Position numbers and translations under genes: made by a program
Notes under the pieces: model-generated
What the model saw: the letters and a program-made list of their open reading frames with translations, nothing else
Told to the model about the DNA's origin: nothing
Databases searched by the model: none
Source of the DNA: Vicugna vicugna
Taxonomy: Eukaryota
Direction: 5' to 3'
NCBI GenBank assembly: GCA_013265495.1
Contig: MU058636.1
Span: forward strand, 7,146,295 to 7,210,294
Length of the DNA stretch: 64,000 nucleotides
Shown here: one piece after another, positions 51,619-64,000 of the stretch
How positions within the stretch are numbered: position 1 is the first letter of the stretch
Layout of the letters: every line of letters begins with the position of its first letter

Positions 51619-53102
51619 AGAATATTGCTGTATGGAGAGGGTCACTTGTGACATTTGGGAAGATGACAAAACCCCAGACTTGTATATACCTCCCAGCTGA
51701 GAGGAAAAGCCTTTGCCTTCACAAGACATGGCTTTGCATCTTCTAACCACTTACCTGCTGAAGTGATCTTTGGCAAGTTCCTTAACAGGGTCTTTGTGAG
51801 GGACACTTACTACATGAATGTGTGTACTCCTGAGCTCTACAAATGGAAGAAAACGAGCACATTGTAGTTCAATGGGACTCTTTTTGATCATTCTCTATGC
51901 TCCAGAAATGTACAATCAAAATAATGTGATTGGGTGGGGTCAGATAAGGAACTCATATAGCTACAATACTGGTCGTTTTAGGATAAAGTGACTTGAATCA
52001 ACTCGCAGTTGAAGAGTTTTTCAAGGTTAACTAATATTCTCATTTTGGTTCCCTTGCACCAAAATACGAATAGCTAGACAGCCAGAAATCATGTCCTTTG
52101 CCCTATTTCCCAAAGCTGCCTTCCTTTTCCTTCCAAAAGTGGTAAAAGATTAGGAGTAACAGTTAAACAAACTAGGGTATATGTGTCTTTTGTGGAGAGA
52201 AAGCAGAATTCACTTACTCAGTTAGTCATTTTTCTAACAATCAAACACTCCGTCCTGAAGCCCTTTAAACTGATACTGTGTTGAATGATGTTACTAATGT
52301 TAATTGACAGTTTGCTGGAAACTGTCTCTTAAAAACCCTCAATTTCTGTTCAAGACCTGTTTATTTTGTTACAGAATTAGAAATCAAGGAGGAACTTCCA
52401 GAAAGAAAGAAGTGTGTATGTGTGTGTACGCATATGTTTTGGCTTTTATACTAGGAAGGTCATTTGCAAGAGAGAGAACAAAAAAAGAAAAGAAAGAAAC
52501 AAGTAGAAATGAAATTAGACCTGTGTTTATACAGTTCTCCACGTTGGCTCAGGACTTATTTTTGAAAGTTTGTAAACTAGCCTTCCAGTTTAAATTGAAT
52601 AAGTAGGTGCAGCTGAGTAAATGGGGAGACGTGGGTTTGTGGCCATGTGTTTTCACTTTAAAATTACATTGAAGAGGAACAGAGGGGGTTAGAAACGAAA
52701 ATAAGAAAGAGAGATATAAGACAGGCTATGTTTAAAAGGAAAATGTGAGAAAACGAAGAGTCAAAACAGAAGTCCTCTTTGCTTGGCCCTAGGGGCCCGA
52801 AGTCACTCCACCCTGTTAGGGGAGGCAGAACAGCCTCAGAGCCATCCCTCCAGACCTGGGGGCGGATGCAGGAACCTGCGAGGCAGGGAATCCCTCACAC
52901 CGAAAGGCCGCGGTGCAGGGATGGGACTTTGAAAGGTCAGGAGACATCCTGGGATGGCCTGGATTAACGACGTGTCCGTCTGGGACCCCATGGTCTCCGC
53001 TGGGGAGTTGGGGGGAAAGCCATTCATCTCATATTAAAGACAACCCAAAACTACTGACCTGTTCCTCAGTAGGTCAGGACAGTGACATCCTCTGTAGCTA
53101 CA

Positions 53103-53620
53103 TGTTATGGACTGATTTGTGTCCCCACCCTCTCTTCCCTTCCCCCAGATTCATGCATTCAAGTCCCAACCCCCAGTATAGGAGACAGAACCGTATTTGG
53201 AAATAAGGTCTTTAAAGGAGTGACTGAGTTGGGGGAGAGTAGAGCTCAGTGTCAGAGTATGTGCTTAGCATGCACGAGGTCCTGCATTCAATCCCCAGTA
53301 CCTTCACTAAAAACAAAACCAAGTAAATAAATAAATGTAATTACTTCCCTGCCTCCAAAACAAAACAAACAAAAAATAAAGAAAGAAGTGACTAAGGTAA
53401 AATGAGTCTCTTAGGGTGGGCCTCAGTCCAGTTTGAGCCAGAGTGAGGACATGGGGGAGACGGCCATCTGCAAGCTGAGGAGATAGGCGTTAGGAGAAAC
53501 CAGCTCTGCTGGCACCTTGATCTTCGACGTCCAGCCTCCAGAACTGTGAGAAAATAAATTTCTGTTGTTGAAGCCCTCCGGCCCATGGTATCTTGTTAGG
53601 ACATCCCTAGCAAGCTAATT
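53103..53620 (+). mobile_element. MLT1 (MaLR) solo LTR interrupted by a SINE
   Basis: tgttatggactgatttgtgtcccc...gtatttggaaataaggtcttt / ggcaccttgatctt...cagcctccagaactgtgagaaaataaatttctgttg. Confidence 0.88.
53231..53381 (+). mobile_element. tRNA-derived SINE (camelid Vic-1-like) with 15-bp TSD
   Basis: gggggagagtagagctcagtg...gcttagcatgcacgaggtcctgcattcaatccccagtacc, A-rich tail; AAAGGAGTGACTGAG (53214) and AAAGAAGTGACTAAG (53382). Confidence 0.88.
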
Positions 53621-53860
53621 TGGTGCTGAGGGAAACCACTCCCACAGTCCCGATTAAAGGTGGCTTGTTGTCTTGCCAGCACCAACCTGGAGAGAGCAAT
53701 GTGGCTTCTCTCCCTAACAAGTGCAGTTGCTTAGTTTCTGCCTCCTTAACTGCCCAGGGCACACTGTAAAATCTGTCTGGACATTATGTAATTACTCGTG
53801 GACTTCTGGGTATTTCTAAAAGATTTCCCTTCAGTTTATCCCAATAATCTGCAGCATCTC

Positions 53861-54300
53861 TGTTATGAATTAAATTGTGTGCCCCACCGAAAAAAAAAAA
53901 AAGGTTTGCTGGAGTCCTAACCCCTAGTACCTCAGCGAGTGAATTTATTTAGAAATAGGGTCTTTACAGACGTAATCGGGTTAAGATGAGGTCATTAGGG
54001 CGAGCGCTAATCCAGTGTGACTGGTGTTCTTCTAAAGGGGAAATTCGGACACAGACGCACACAGGTAGAACATCATGTGAAGATGAAGACAGAGACCAGG
54101 GTGATGTTTCTGTAACCTACGATTCTAACAGATTGCAGGCAAACCACCAGAAGCTGGGAGAGAGGCCTGGAACGGATTCTTCCCAGCCCTCAGAAGGCTC
54201 CAACCCTGCTGGCACCTTGATCCCAGACCGCTGGCCCGCAGAGCTGTGAGACAGCACACACCCGTGTTTCTGCCTTGCGGTGAGTGGCTGTTGTGGCCGC
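53861..54300 (+). mobile_element. MLT1 (MaLR) solo LTR
   Basis: tgttatgaattaaattgtgtgcccc...gttaagatgaggtcatt...ccaccagaagctgggagagaggcctggaac. Confidence 0.88.
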
Positions 54301-54757
54301 CCTCTCTTCCAGGTGCGGCTGTTGGATGGAATCACCTCCTGCGGTCCCGGTAGGTCTGGGGTGGGGCTTGTCAGGTGTGAGGCTTGATACTTCAGCACAT
54401 TTGGTCTGCAGGGGTCCAGCTGCCCCTTTGCCCCTTCAGAGTCGTCTCTCCCCCTTCCCCCCCCCCCCCCCCCATGGTACAGTCTCCCCCACCCCTCATT
54501 CTGGCTCCTCTCTCTGGAATGCCCTTCCTCCCAAATGCCTTCCCCTCTCCCCCTTGTAGGCTTTATCTCAGTTCCCTTTTAGGAAAGCCTTCCTGAGAGC
54601 TTTCTCACCCCTCCCTAGGCTGGTGCCTGCCAGCCCTCTAAGGATTCTGTCTCCTTTGGACGCCCAACTTGAAGCCTGGCATGTATCAGATACTCAGTGT
54701 TCTTTGAAAGAATACATAAATGGAAAGTAATGTTGAAGGTGTAATGTAAAGACAGAG

Positions 54758-55590
54758 ATATTAATCCATTACTATGTAACAAATTGCCCCCAAATTTACA
54801 GTTTATTCTTTTGACAGTCTCTGTGGGACAGGAAGTGAGAGCTGGGTCTCAGGCGAGCTGTTGGCTGGGCTGGGCTAAAAAATATGAAGAATCAGCTTCC
54901 GAGCTCACTCTAGTAGTTGCTGCAGGCTTCAGTCCTCGCTGACATTGAGTGTCGCCTCAGCTCCTCACTACCCCGTGGGCCCCTCCATGGGCTGCCTGAG
55001 TATCCCCAGGGCATGGTGGCTGGCTTCCCCCAGAGCAGGTGACCCAAGGCAGAGCCCAAGATGGCAGCCACAGGCTGTTTTGGGGTTTGTCTTCGTGTTT
55101 TAGCTTCACTGAGGTATAATTGACAAATTAAAATGCACATATTTAAGGTGTACAGCGTGATGTTTGGTATACAAAAACACTGAAATGATCACCACCATCA
55201 AGCTAATGAACATCATCTCCATTAAACTTGCATGTGCATGTGCGTGTGTGTGTGTGTGTCTGTGATGAGAACACTTATGATCTACCCTTGTAGCAGATTT
55301 CAAATGTATAACATACAGTATTGTCAGCTGTAGTCCTGGGCTGTGCAGCAGCTCCCCGGAATCTGCCCATCTCGCCTGAGACGTTGTGCCCGTGGATAAA
55401 CACCTCCCGTTTCCCCCACCCCCAGCCCTGGCAACCACTGTTCTACTCTGAGCCGCGGACTGTTACATCCTCACCTCCAAAGTGATACAAAGTCACTGCT
55501 GTATCTGTGGATACAACATGAGAGGTTCCTCAGGGTGTGCGCACCAGGAGGGGGTCTTGGGGGCCGTCTTGGAAGCTGCGTTCCGCTGAC
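54758..55590 (-). mobile_element. Older MLT1-type LTR interrupted by an L1 3' end
   Basis: actatgtaacaaattgccccaaa...ctctgtgggacaggaa...ctccatgggctgcctgagtatcc...catggtggctggcttcccccagagc; resumes after ~55455. Confidence 0.65.
55096..55452 (-). mobile_element. LINE-1 3' end (L1MA-like)
   Basis: tgaggtataattgacaaattaaaatgcacatatttaaggtgtacagc...cccagccctggcaaccactgttctactctg. Confidence 0.85.
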
Positions 55591-58500
55591 CTTCCCAGAC
55601 CTTCCACTGATGGACTGGGCAAGGCTATTACCTTTGTGGGTCTCCTTAGCTAGTTTTTATCTGCATAATGACAGCTAATAACTGCAAGGTGGTTGACTGT
55701 TCAAGTGATGACATACATTGTCCCACTTGACCCATGCGTCAGTCTCCCGAGGTAGGGACTCCTGTTCCATGTTCGTGGGTGGGAAGCGGCTGGCTAATAT
55801 TCAGGAGGTCTTGGACTCAGGCCTGCCTCTTTCCTGAGTACCGCGTTTGTAATGTATAAACGGAGAGTGTTGGGCTCCACAGCCCCTCCCAGCTCCCAGG
55901 GAAGCACTGGGCTCTGGGGACGAGCTTTCACCCCGATGCTGCCCCTGCTCTTCCTGCTGCCGGGGAGCAGCTCTGCTTCCCTGGGCCCCTGGTGTCCTCA
56001 GGCCAGGCACACATCATCATCCTTCGGGAAGATTCTGTCTCTGACCCGACCCAGGGCCCCCTAGTGCTGCTAGGCCAGCTGGCCGTGACACATGCTGAGC
56101 CAGGTCACCAGCTGCCACTCTCATTTCACCTTTCTTTCCAAAATTTATTTCTGCTATTTTGAGGACAGGGTTCTAGACTAAATAAGCCTGTGGTTTGTGG
56201 TCAGTTGTTGCAGGTCCGGGATACCTCCTGACCACAGTGGGCTGGTCGGCAGAGGTCACCTTCCTCCGGAGGCCCTGAGCTTCCATGTTGAGGATCTGGT
56301 TTCCCCCATCCCTTGGCGATTGCATTTCAGGACTCTCCTGCTTTCTTTCCAAAATCCACCCCATCCACTCCTTGGTGACCAGAGCTGGTGAAGGCTAGAA
56401 GTGGCCTGCAGGACACATCTGCTCCCATGATGAGGCCTGGCCACTGGCAGCCACGGAGCCATGTCGATGCCCCTTCAGAGCAGAGTTTGGATGACTTTTT
56501 TCTTTGACATGACTGCTGCCTGCCCTCCCTTCTCTTCCTGTTCTTTCTCCCTCCTGACCCTGCTTTAGCAGGAAAAAACAATAGGACCACATTTAAACTT
56601 CAAAGAAGACTCCTGTTTCAAGATGCCACGGAGGCCCGGGCTCCTGGAGAACTCTCTCACCCTCTCTTCCGGGAACCCGAGTACAGAGCACATCTCTCCC
56701 CAACCCTGTGCTCCAGGTCAGAGGGAAGCCCAGTCTGTGACGCAATTTAGGAATTCTAGAAAGTCGCGGCAGTCAACAGGAATTTCATGAGCGTCTTTGG
56801 CTCTGCGGGAGAACCTGCAAGGCAGATTTTGGAGGGCTGAGTTCATTGAATGAGGCTCCTGCAGCCATGATAAGGGGCCAGGGAGGAGACGGGCAGGTTG
56901 AAAAGCTTCAGGGCTTTTCACTGTGCAGGTGTATTCAAACGTTGGCAGAACTGATCCCCAGCAAGTATTATGGGACAGCCAAGCCAACCAAGTGACAGGG
57001 ACTCACCGAGATGATCACCAGTGGGTACTGAGTAATAATCTCCCCATCTTTTCCACAGTGAACTAGGAAGTCCCCAGCATGGCCTGTTCTGCCTTACCCC
57101 ACAGCAGCTGGAAGGCACATTCCCACGCCCTAAACGAGTCCGGATGCGTTGTTTTCTCTCCTGCCCTTTGAGTACATTCATGGAATCTGTTGATGTCCCT
57201 TGTTCAGTAGGGTGTGTGCTGTGGAGGGAGGTCGTCAAGGCCTCTATTCCGTGATGCTAAGTGGGCCTTGGAGTCTCCAGCTCACAGATCAGGGCCACCT
57301 GTTGGGAAGGCAGTGCGAGCGGCAGAACGAGAAAGAGCTTGAGTTTGGTAACAGAGAGGCTGGCGCCATTATCAGCCGTGGGCCTTTGAGCAAGGCCCAC
57401 GAAATATCTGAAATTTAGTGCTTGCCTCCAAAATGGGGACAATGATATCTACTGTGCAGACTTACGGTGGAGGGACAACATGTGTGTGAAATGCCTAGCT
57501 TGTGGTGAACGTTCAGTGTAACAGTTTGCTCTTTCCTCTTTCCCCTGGAAACCATCCGCCCAGGCGGGGTGAGGAAGGATGGTAGCCCCGAGGTCATGCG
57601 CGAGATGACAAGTGTAGACATGCATGCAACTTCTGTTCTCCTGCTCCTGCTGCTTGCAGGTTCCACAGCCTCGGCCCGCGCCCTGGGAGGCTCGGGGCAC
57701 CCCAGAGAGAGCTTCTCTGAAAAATAAAGTCACCACTCGCCTGCTGGCCCAGGTTTCGTTGGAGCGCCACATAATGAAATGATTTTCCTTCGCCCTTTTA
57801 TTTCCTCTCCTTCTTTCCTTCTGAGACAAATGGAAAAATAATTTGATCCCCTTGAATCTTTTCACCCTGGGTATTTCCCCCTTCACACCCGAGCCCCGCC
57901 CCTTGATAAACGGGAACACATGTGCGGAAAGGGCGGCCTTCGCCCTCCTGACTCAGGGCCCTCCTCCTTGTGGGACACGGGTTTCCTTTCAAACCTCAGA
58001 ATGAATTCATCACAGCAGAAAGAACATTGTTTTTCTTCAAAACTGGAAGGGGGAGAAAAAAAAAAAAGGCAAATCCCGTGTCACAATTATTCCATTTCAG
58101 AGGGAGAATGTTACCCTTTAATCTCCAAAGTTTATTCTCTCCAACTCTGAAGGCTGTGGCCAAGGTGACTCGCAGACTCAGTGCAGCTGCTTTTTTTTAA
58201 GAGTCTGCACTGATTCATGCTTTGGGGAGCCAAAGAGTGACACATACATATTTGGAATATTACCCTGTGTGTAGATCTGCATTGTGGCTTGACTTAAGGA
58301 GCGTCTGCTTCTTGACGTGTTCACACGTGGACACTTTCAGTGGAATTTTTACTTAGAAAATGATCCTCATTACGATTCTTTCATTTGAAAATTGAACTTT
58401 CTGAAAACTATGCTGTGAACCTTACTATGTTTTTACTTTTGCATTTACTGTGGTTCCTCTAGCATCCTAGCCCCTCAGAGAACAAATCGCTTTTTTTTTA

Positions 58501-60204
58501 AAACAAAAACATGCAATATCAAATGTCCAGTGCCCTAGAAAGGAAGCCTTGGGTTTGACTATCTCCTGTAGCAGACATCAGAGAAGCAGGATGTCTTCTT
58601 GAACTGAAACACTGGCTCAAGAATTCCTGTAAACTTCCCTACACTTCATTTTAAGAAAAACTCCTGACACTGAGCATACTTCTCCGTTGCTGCCAGGCGT
58701 CTTTCTGTTTATGTAGACTTTGTTTACATGTGCCCCCTGTTAATAAAATCTGTATTTAACAGATGCACTCAAGCACCTTGGAAACTAATTTTCTTTCAAA
58801 CTCGTGCACTTTCTGGGAAGGAATAAAAGGAGTGGAGAGTTGGGCTGGCAGCCGTCCATCGCGTGACCATTTATTGTCAAGGAATGTAGCAGAAGACGGC
58901 TCCCGCTATTTCCTTTTGATTTCAGTGTGTAAATCTGCTCTCACCTAAAGCTTGACCACATGATGGTGCAGACACACATTAAACTGATTATTTCTGTCTG
59001 AGCTGTGTGTAGAATGTGCACTCTAAATTGCACATAAAAATGTTCCCCAAAATAGTACCACCTGCCTGCAGAAGTATCATTTTCTTTTACAAAGACAGAC
59101 CCAAATGTGTTTCTGGGATTCTGCAGCCTCTGGCTGATGAGGGTTGCCGCCCTGTCTGCGTTGGGCATGAGCCAGGGCTGGCCTGGGGCTTCCTTCCCAG
59201 TGAAGGCAGGAACTCCGGGGGTCTCCCCGGAAGTGTCTTGGGCTCTTGCTCAGAAGACGGTCTCAGATATTTAGGGAGCGGCTTCTCCCTATCCAAGTGA
59301 GGGATAGGAAAGAACAGTAAGTGGGGCCGGGGGTGGTGTGTGGGAGGGGCTGGAATACAGAGAGCAGAACATAGCAGAAGACGGTGAAATTACAATACAG
59401 ACCATCACAACCCAAGAAAGAGCTCTCCCAGAACAGGAGAGAGAAACAAACCTGGGGAGGAAGAGAAGGGAACGTAGAACTAAAAGACGAGAGTTGTTTC
59501 AGTTTTTAAAAGGCACAGAGAAACTAAACCCAGAAAGGCAAGGCCAAATTGTGATTTCTCCTGATTAATGAGAGACGTTGCATATCCTATTATCTTTCAA
59601 ACATCTGTCCTGTGCCCTCACCAACTGAAAAAAGGCAAAGATGTTTGGAAGGAGAAAGAAAGGTGTTTTGCCCATATAGGGGCACACCAAAAGCTTTTAT
59701 TCTGGAAACAGCCCTTCTCTGACTTACTAAGTTCTTTACCCAGAGAAAAGGGAGTCATCTCATCCCATCTCTGGGGACCATGCTTGCAATTGCTCTGTTT
59801 CCTGATTATCCGGGACTGTGCAGAGGGAACCACACAAAAGACCTGAAAATGCTCAGAATTAACTTGGTCATTGTGTGCTCTGGTTATAGAGCTTTAAGAA
59901 TCTAAACAGAAGATAGTAGACTGTCTTAGCAGTAAGGATAGAAGTATTCAGGACCATAACTTGTCCATCAATGTTTTTGTTAGCTTGGAAGGCTGAGGGC
60001 TGGGCTCCTTCCCGCAGGTTTTGGGAACGTCCATTCCTACCAGCCTGGAGCTCCTCATCCTTACCCCGACTGTGCTTTTTGTTCCTGCTTTCACGTTCGC
60101 CAAAATCCTCAAAAATAACCTATGTCCCTGGTTTCACATCCTCAGCTCGTGGTCCCATATCAGACCTCTGTAAACAAACTTCCCTGCACCACACCCTGCT
60201 ATTC

Positions 60205-60610
60205 CTCCTCATTTTGTAATAATTTCAGACATAAGAAATTGGCAAAAGTAGTACAGAGAATTCCCCAAATGTTAACATCTTCCACAAATAGTGAAATTAT
60301 CAAAATCAGAAAAATAACACTGATTTAACATTATTATTTAATCAACATACCTACTTCAAATTTCGATAATTGTCTCATTCAGGCCACTTTTATGTTCCTG
60401 TTTCCAATCTAATAATACATGTTGCATTTAGTTGTTACGTGCGTTTAGTCTTCTTTACTGTGGACCATTTTTTCTGGCTTCCTTTATCTTTCATGGCCTT
60501 CACATTTTGAAGAGCCCTGGCAAGGTTTTTTGCAGACTCATTCTGAATGTCTGATGTTACTTCATCATTGAGTTAGTTATGCGTTTTTGGCAAGAATGCC
60601 ACAGAATTAT
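60205..60610 (-). mobile_element. Old LINE-1 3' fragment (L1MC-like)
   Basis: ataatttcagac...gcaaaagtagtacagagaattcc...gttgcatttagttgttac...tttttggcaagaat. Confidence 0.7.
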
Positions 60611-62630
60611 CCCAATACCAAAACCAGCCGAAACTATCACAAGTTTAAAAAAAAACTGTAGATCAATATTGCTTACGACTATAGATGCAAAAATCCTAAC
60701 AAAGTATGAGTGAACTAAATCCAGCAACATAGATAATTATATACTATGGTTAAATAGGATTTAGTCTAAGAATGCAAGGTTGGCTCAACATATAAAAATC
60801 AATCTGTGTAATAAACCACATTGTAGAATAAAAGACAGAAATTATATAATCATTTCAATAGACACAGACAAAACATTTGACAAAATCCAATGCTCTTTCA
60901 ACATTAAAGTACTCAGTGTACAAAAATCAGTTGCAGTTCTATACAGTAGCAATGACCAATCTGAAAGTGAAACTAAGAAAATAATTTCACTTACAATAGC
61001 ATACTTAGGGTATCAATTTAACAAAACAGTATAATACCTATACACTGAAAACTGCAAAACATTGTTGAAAAAATTAAAGATGATGAGAATAAATGGAAGG
61101 AAATGTTTATGGGTTGGAAGGCTTGATATTATTAAGACTTTCTATTCCATAAATTGATACACAGTTTCAATGCAAACCTACCTACCAAGTCCCTCGTGGT
61201 TTCTTTTTTTTTTTTAAGACTTTATTTTTTAGCGTTTTACATTTACAGCAAAATTGAGGTGAAGATGCAGAGATTTTCTATATATTCCTCTTCCTACCCC
61301 ACATACATTGCCTCTTCCATTATCAACATTCCTCACCAGAGTGGTACGTTTGTTATAACTAATGACCCTACGTTGACACATCATAATTATTCAAAGTCTA
61401 TAGTTTACATTATAGTGCAGTCTTGGTGTACATTCTACAGATTTGGACAAACGTATAATTTTATGTATCCACCATTATAGTATCATACAGAGAATTTCCA
61501 TTGCCCTAAAATTCCTCTGTGCTCTGCCTATTCATGATTTGCCACCCCTATTCTTCCAACCCCTTGCTAAACAGATTTTTTACTTTCTCCATAGTTTTGC
61601 CTTTTCCAGACTGTCATATAGTATGAAGCCTGCTTTTACTTGGTAATATGCACTTAAGATTCCTCCAAGTCTTTTCATGGCTTGACAGCTCATTTCTTCT
61701 TAGCACTGAATAATGCATTGTTTAAATGTATGACAGCCTATTTATCCATTCACGGAAGGCCACTTTAGTTGCTTCCAGGTTCTGGCAATTCTTAATAATG
61801 TTGCTAAAACATCCTTGTGCAGGTTTTTGTGTAGATACAAGTTTTCAACTCCTTTAGGTACATATCAAGGAGTACAATTGCTGGATAGTATGGTAGGAGT
61901 AAGTATAATTTTGTAACAAACTGTCAAACTGTCTTCCAAAGTGACTATACCATTTTGCATTCACGCTAGCAGCAAATGAGAGTTCCTGTTGCTCCACATC
62001 CTTGTCAGCATTTGGTGGCATCCGTGTTTTGGATTATAGCCATTCTAACAGATATGTATAAGTATCTCATTGTTTTAATTTGCATTATCCTGATAACATA
62101 GGAAGTGAAGCATCTTTTCATATGTTTATTTGCCATCTGTATATCTTCTTTGATGAGGTATCTGTTAAGATCTTTGGTTCATTTTTCAATTGGGTTATTT
62201 GTTTTTTATGGCTGAGTTTTAAGAGTTCTTCAGATATTTTAGATGAAAGTCCTTTATCAGATGTGTCTTGTGTAAATATTTTCTCCCAGTCTGTTTTTGT
62301 CTTCTCATTCTCTTGACATTTGCTTTTTTAGCAAAGCAGAAGTGTTTAATTTTAATGAAGTCTAGCTTATCAATTATTTATTTCATGGCTCATGCCTTTG
62401 GTGGTGTATCTAGAGAGTCATTAAAATCCCCAAGGTTATGTAGGTTTTCTCCTGTATTATCTTCTAGGACCAGCTAGCTCCTTTGCAGAAAGTGACAACC
62501 TGATCCTCAAATTCATATGAAAATTCAAGCTACCCAGAATAGCCAAAACAACTTTGAAAAATAAGAAAAACATTGTAGAACTCATGCTTCCCAACTTTAA
62601 AACTTACTACAAAGATAGAATCAAGGCTAA
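60611..62630 (+). mobile_element. Decayed LINE-1 ORF2 (RT region) fragment split by an antisense L1
   Basis: Translation IIISIDTDKTFDKIQ...VQKSVAVLYSSNDQSE...YLG resembles L1 ORF2; the sequence resumes at ~62470 (gcagaaagtgacaacctgatcctcaaattcatatg). Confidence 0.85.
61204..62469 (-). mobile_element. LINE-1 3' end (L1MA/MB-like) nested antisense in another L1
   Basis: Poly-T head; ...gttcctgttgctccacatccttgtcagcatttgg...gtttatttgccatctgtatatcttc...ttttctcctgtattatcttctagga. Confidence 0.88.
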
Positions 62631-63079
62631 GAGTAATCACACACATATACACACACACTTTTTTTAGTCACTGACTCATCACATATTTAAGGAGCACCTA
62701 CCACATGCCAGTCTTCCAGACTCTTAAACCTCAGTGCAGAACAAGACAATTTGTCCACTCTGCTTTGAAGAGCACCCTTAATCTCTGAGTCTATAAAGGC
62801 ATTATCCTTGGTGTTCTCCCTTGTCAACGTCCATTGAACACCCTCGCGCTTGTCCACACACACAGTTATCTTGTTTCCAGGTCTCTCTGCCCTTGGCAGG
62901 GAGGACGCTAAAAGCAGCAGCTCACGCAGAGCACAGTACCAGCACTGGAAGACACTCAGCTCTGGTTTGTGGTTGGATGAACAAGTGAAGGAAAGAATAA
63001 AGGAATGAACAAACCCTACAATGAGTGTTCAGATGCAAGTCATGGTAGAAGAATACTGCTTAAGAAACTCAGTGTCATC

Positions 63080-63950
63080 TTGTTTGCCCTCAGGTGGTGG
63101 CCAGCTGACTGGTATATTAGTTTTCTGTCTGGACTGGATACAGAAGGAGAAAGAGGGAGGAATCAAATACACTCCCAAGGTTTCTGGTGATGAGCCTGTT
63201 GGTGGCAGGTGGTGCACACACTGTGCCTGGGACCTGCCTGGAGAAGGTCTGTGGGTTTAGCCCATCCTTGGTTAAGGAAATGCCCCCTGCCTGGGATGCT
63301 CAGTTGGGGAGTCTAGGAAGCAGCCAGGTGCCTGGACTGGAGCTCCTAGGAGAGCACTGACTGGGGATGATGACACTTTGGGAGTCGTGGGCCTGCTGGG
63401 GAATAATTAAGCCCCAGGAAAATGAGCTCACAAGCAGAGAGAGGAGGGATGAAAATGGAGCAGAGAAACCTGGACCACACTGAGGTGTCGGTCAGCCGTG
63501 GAAAAACCTGAGGAAGGGCAGCCTCAGAAGAGTTTCAAGGGAGAACAGTCAACAGAACCAACTGGAGCAAGACCAGTAAGACAGAGTTGAAAACGGGCCA
63601 GGATTTGGGCATTTGCTGGGAAGTGGAGGGGGGGCTGGAGGCATAATTCTAAGACTCAGATTGTAGATAGAACATGGGGAAGTGGACACTTGAAGTGTCT
63701 GTCATCCTCTAAGGGAATTCCAATGCCAGCAGGACAGAGGCCTGGTGGTACTTCTTGGAAGCTTAAGGTCAACTGATCATTTGTTTTAAAGCCATGGAGC
63801 TTCCTGAGTATGCTTGTACAACACAGAGCTAGCAGAAAGGAGGTGGTTTGGTAGGACAGGAAATCATTATTAGCAGGAGAGCAGAGGCTTGGGAGGAGAG
63901 AGGGTTTGGAGTCCAGATAGAAGGCAGAATCTCACCCCGGGAGGCCCCAG
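63080..63950 (-). mobile_element. Highly decayed L2 fragment
   Basis: gaatcaaatacactcccaaggtttctgg...ggactggagctcctaggagag...ttgggagtcgt; L2-like text, boundaries approximate. Confidence 0.6.
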
Positions 63951-64000
63951 CTTCCTCTGAGGCCAGAGGGAGGAGGCGAGGGTGCAGAGGGGTGGGTGAG

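Noticed and set aside
53231..53305. tRNA-like A/B boxes
   Set aside because: Part of a SINE with tail and TSD, not a tRNA gene; the same applies to the copy at ~40160-40235.
54457..54473. C17 homopolymer (and G12 at 32411-32422)
   Set aside because: Simple homopolymers with error-prone length and no supportable function.
36000..64000. Exons of the neighbouring gene (DCLK1 lies downstream of NBEA in human)
   Set aside because: No kinase or doublecortin coding sequence seen on either strand.

Overview
Mammalian genomic DNA, probably from a camelid (inferred from two tRNA-derived SINE copies of a type I associate with camelids). Bases 1 to about 35,900 are the 3' end of the neurobeachin gene NBEA on the + strand. 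Nine constitutive GT-AG coding exons (11779-34127) splice in frame to give the end of the BEACH domain, the WD40 region and the C-terminus ...[11 protein letters not shown] ~1.8 kb 3' UTR follows, with AATAAA at 35877. There is also a 63-nt in-frame cassette exon at 11391-11453 that the ORF track misses. The remaining ~28 kb is intergenic and rich in repeats (L1, L2, MIR, MLT1 LTRs, two ERV-type solo LTRs, DNA-transposon fossils). I found no convincing new biological system. The best leads are: (1) the cassette exon with downstream RBFOX and QKI motifs; (2) a sharply bounded CpG/GC-rich patch over one exon, with apparent A/T-to-G/C amino-acid changes and a Z-DNA-prone tract at the splice donor; (3) an in-frame tandem splice acceptor. 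Repeat subfamily names and comparisons to human NBEA come from memory and need database confirmation.
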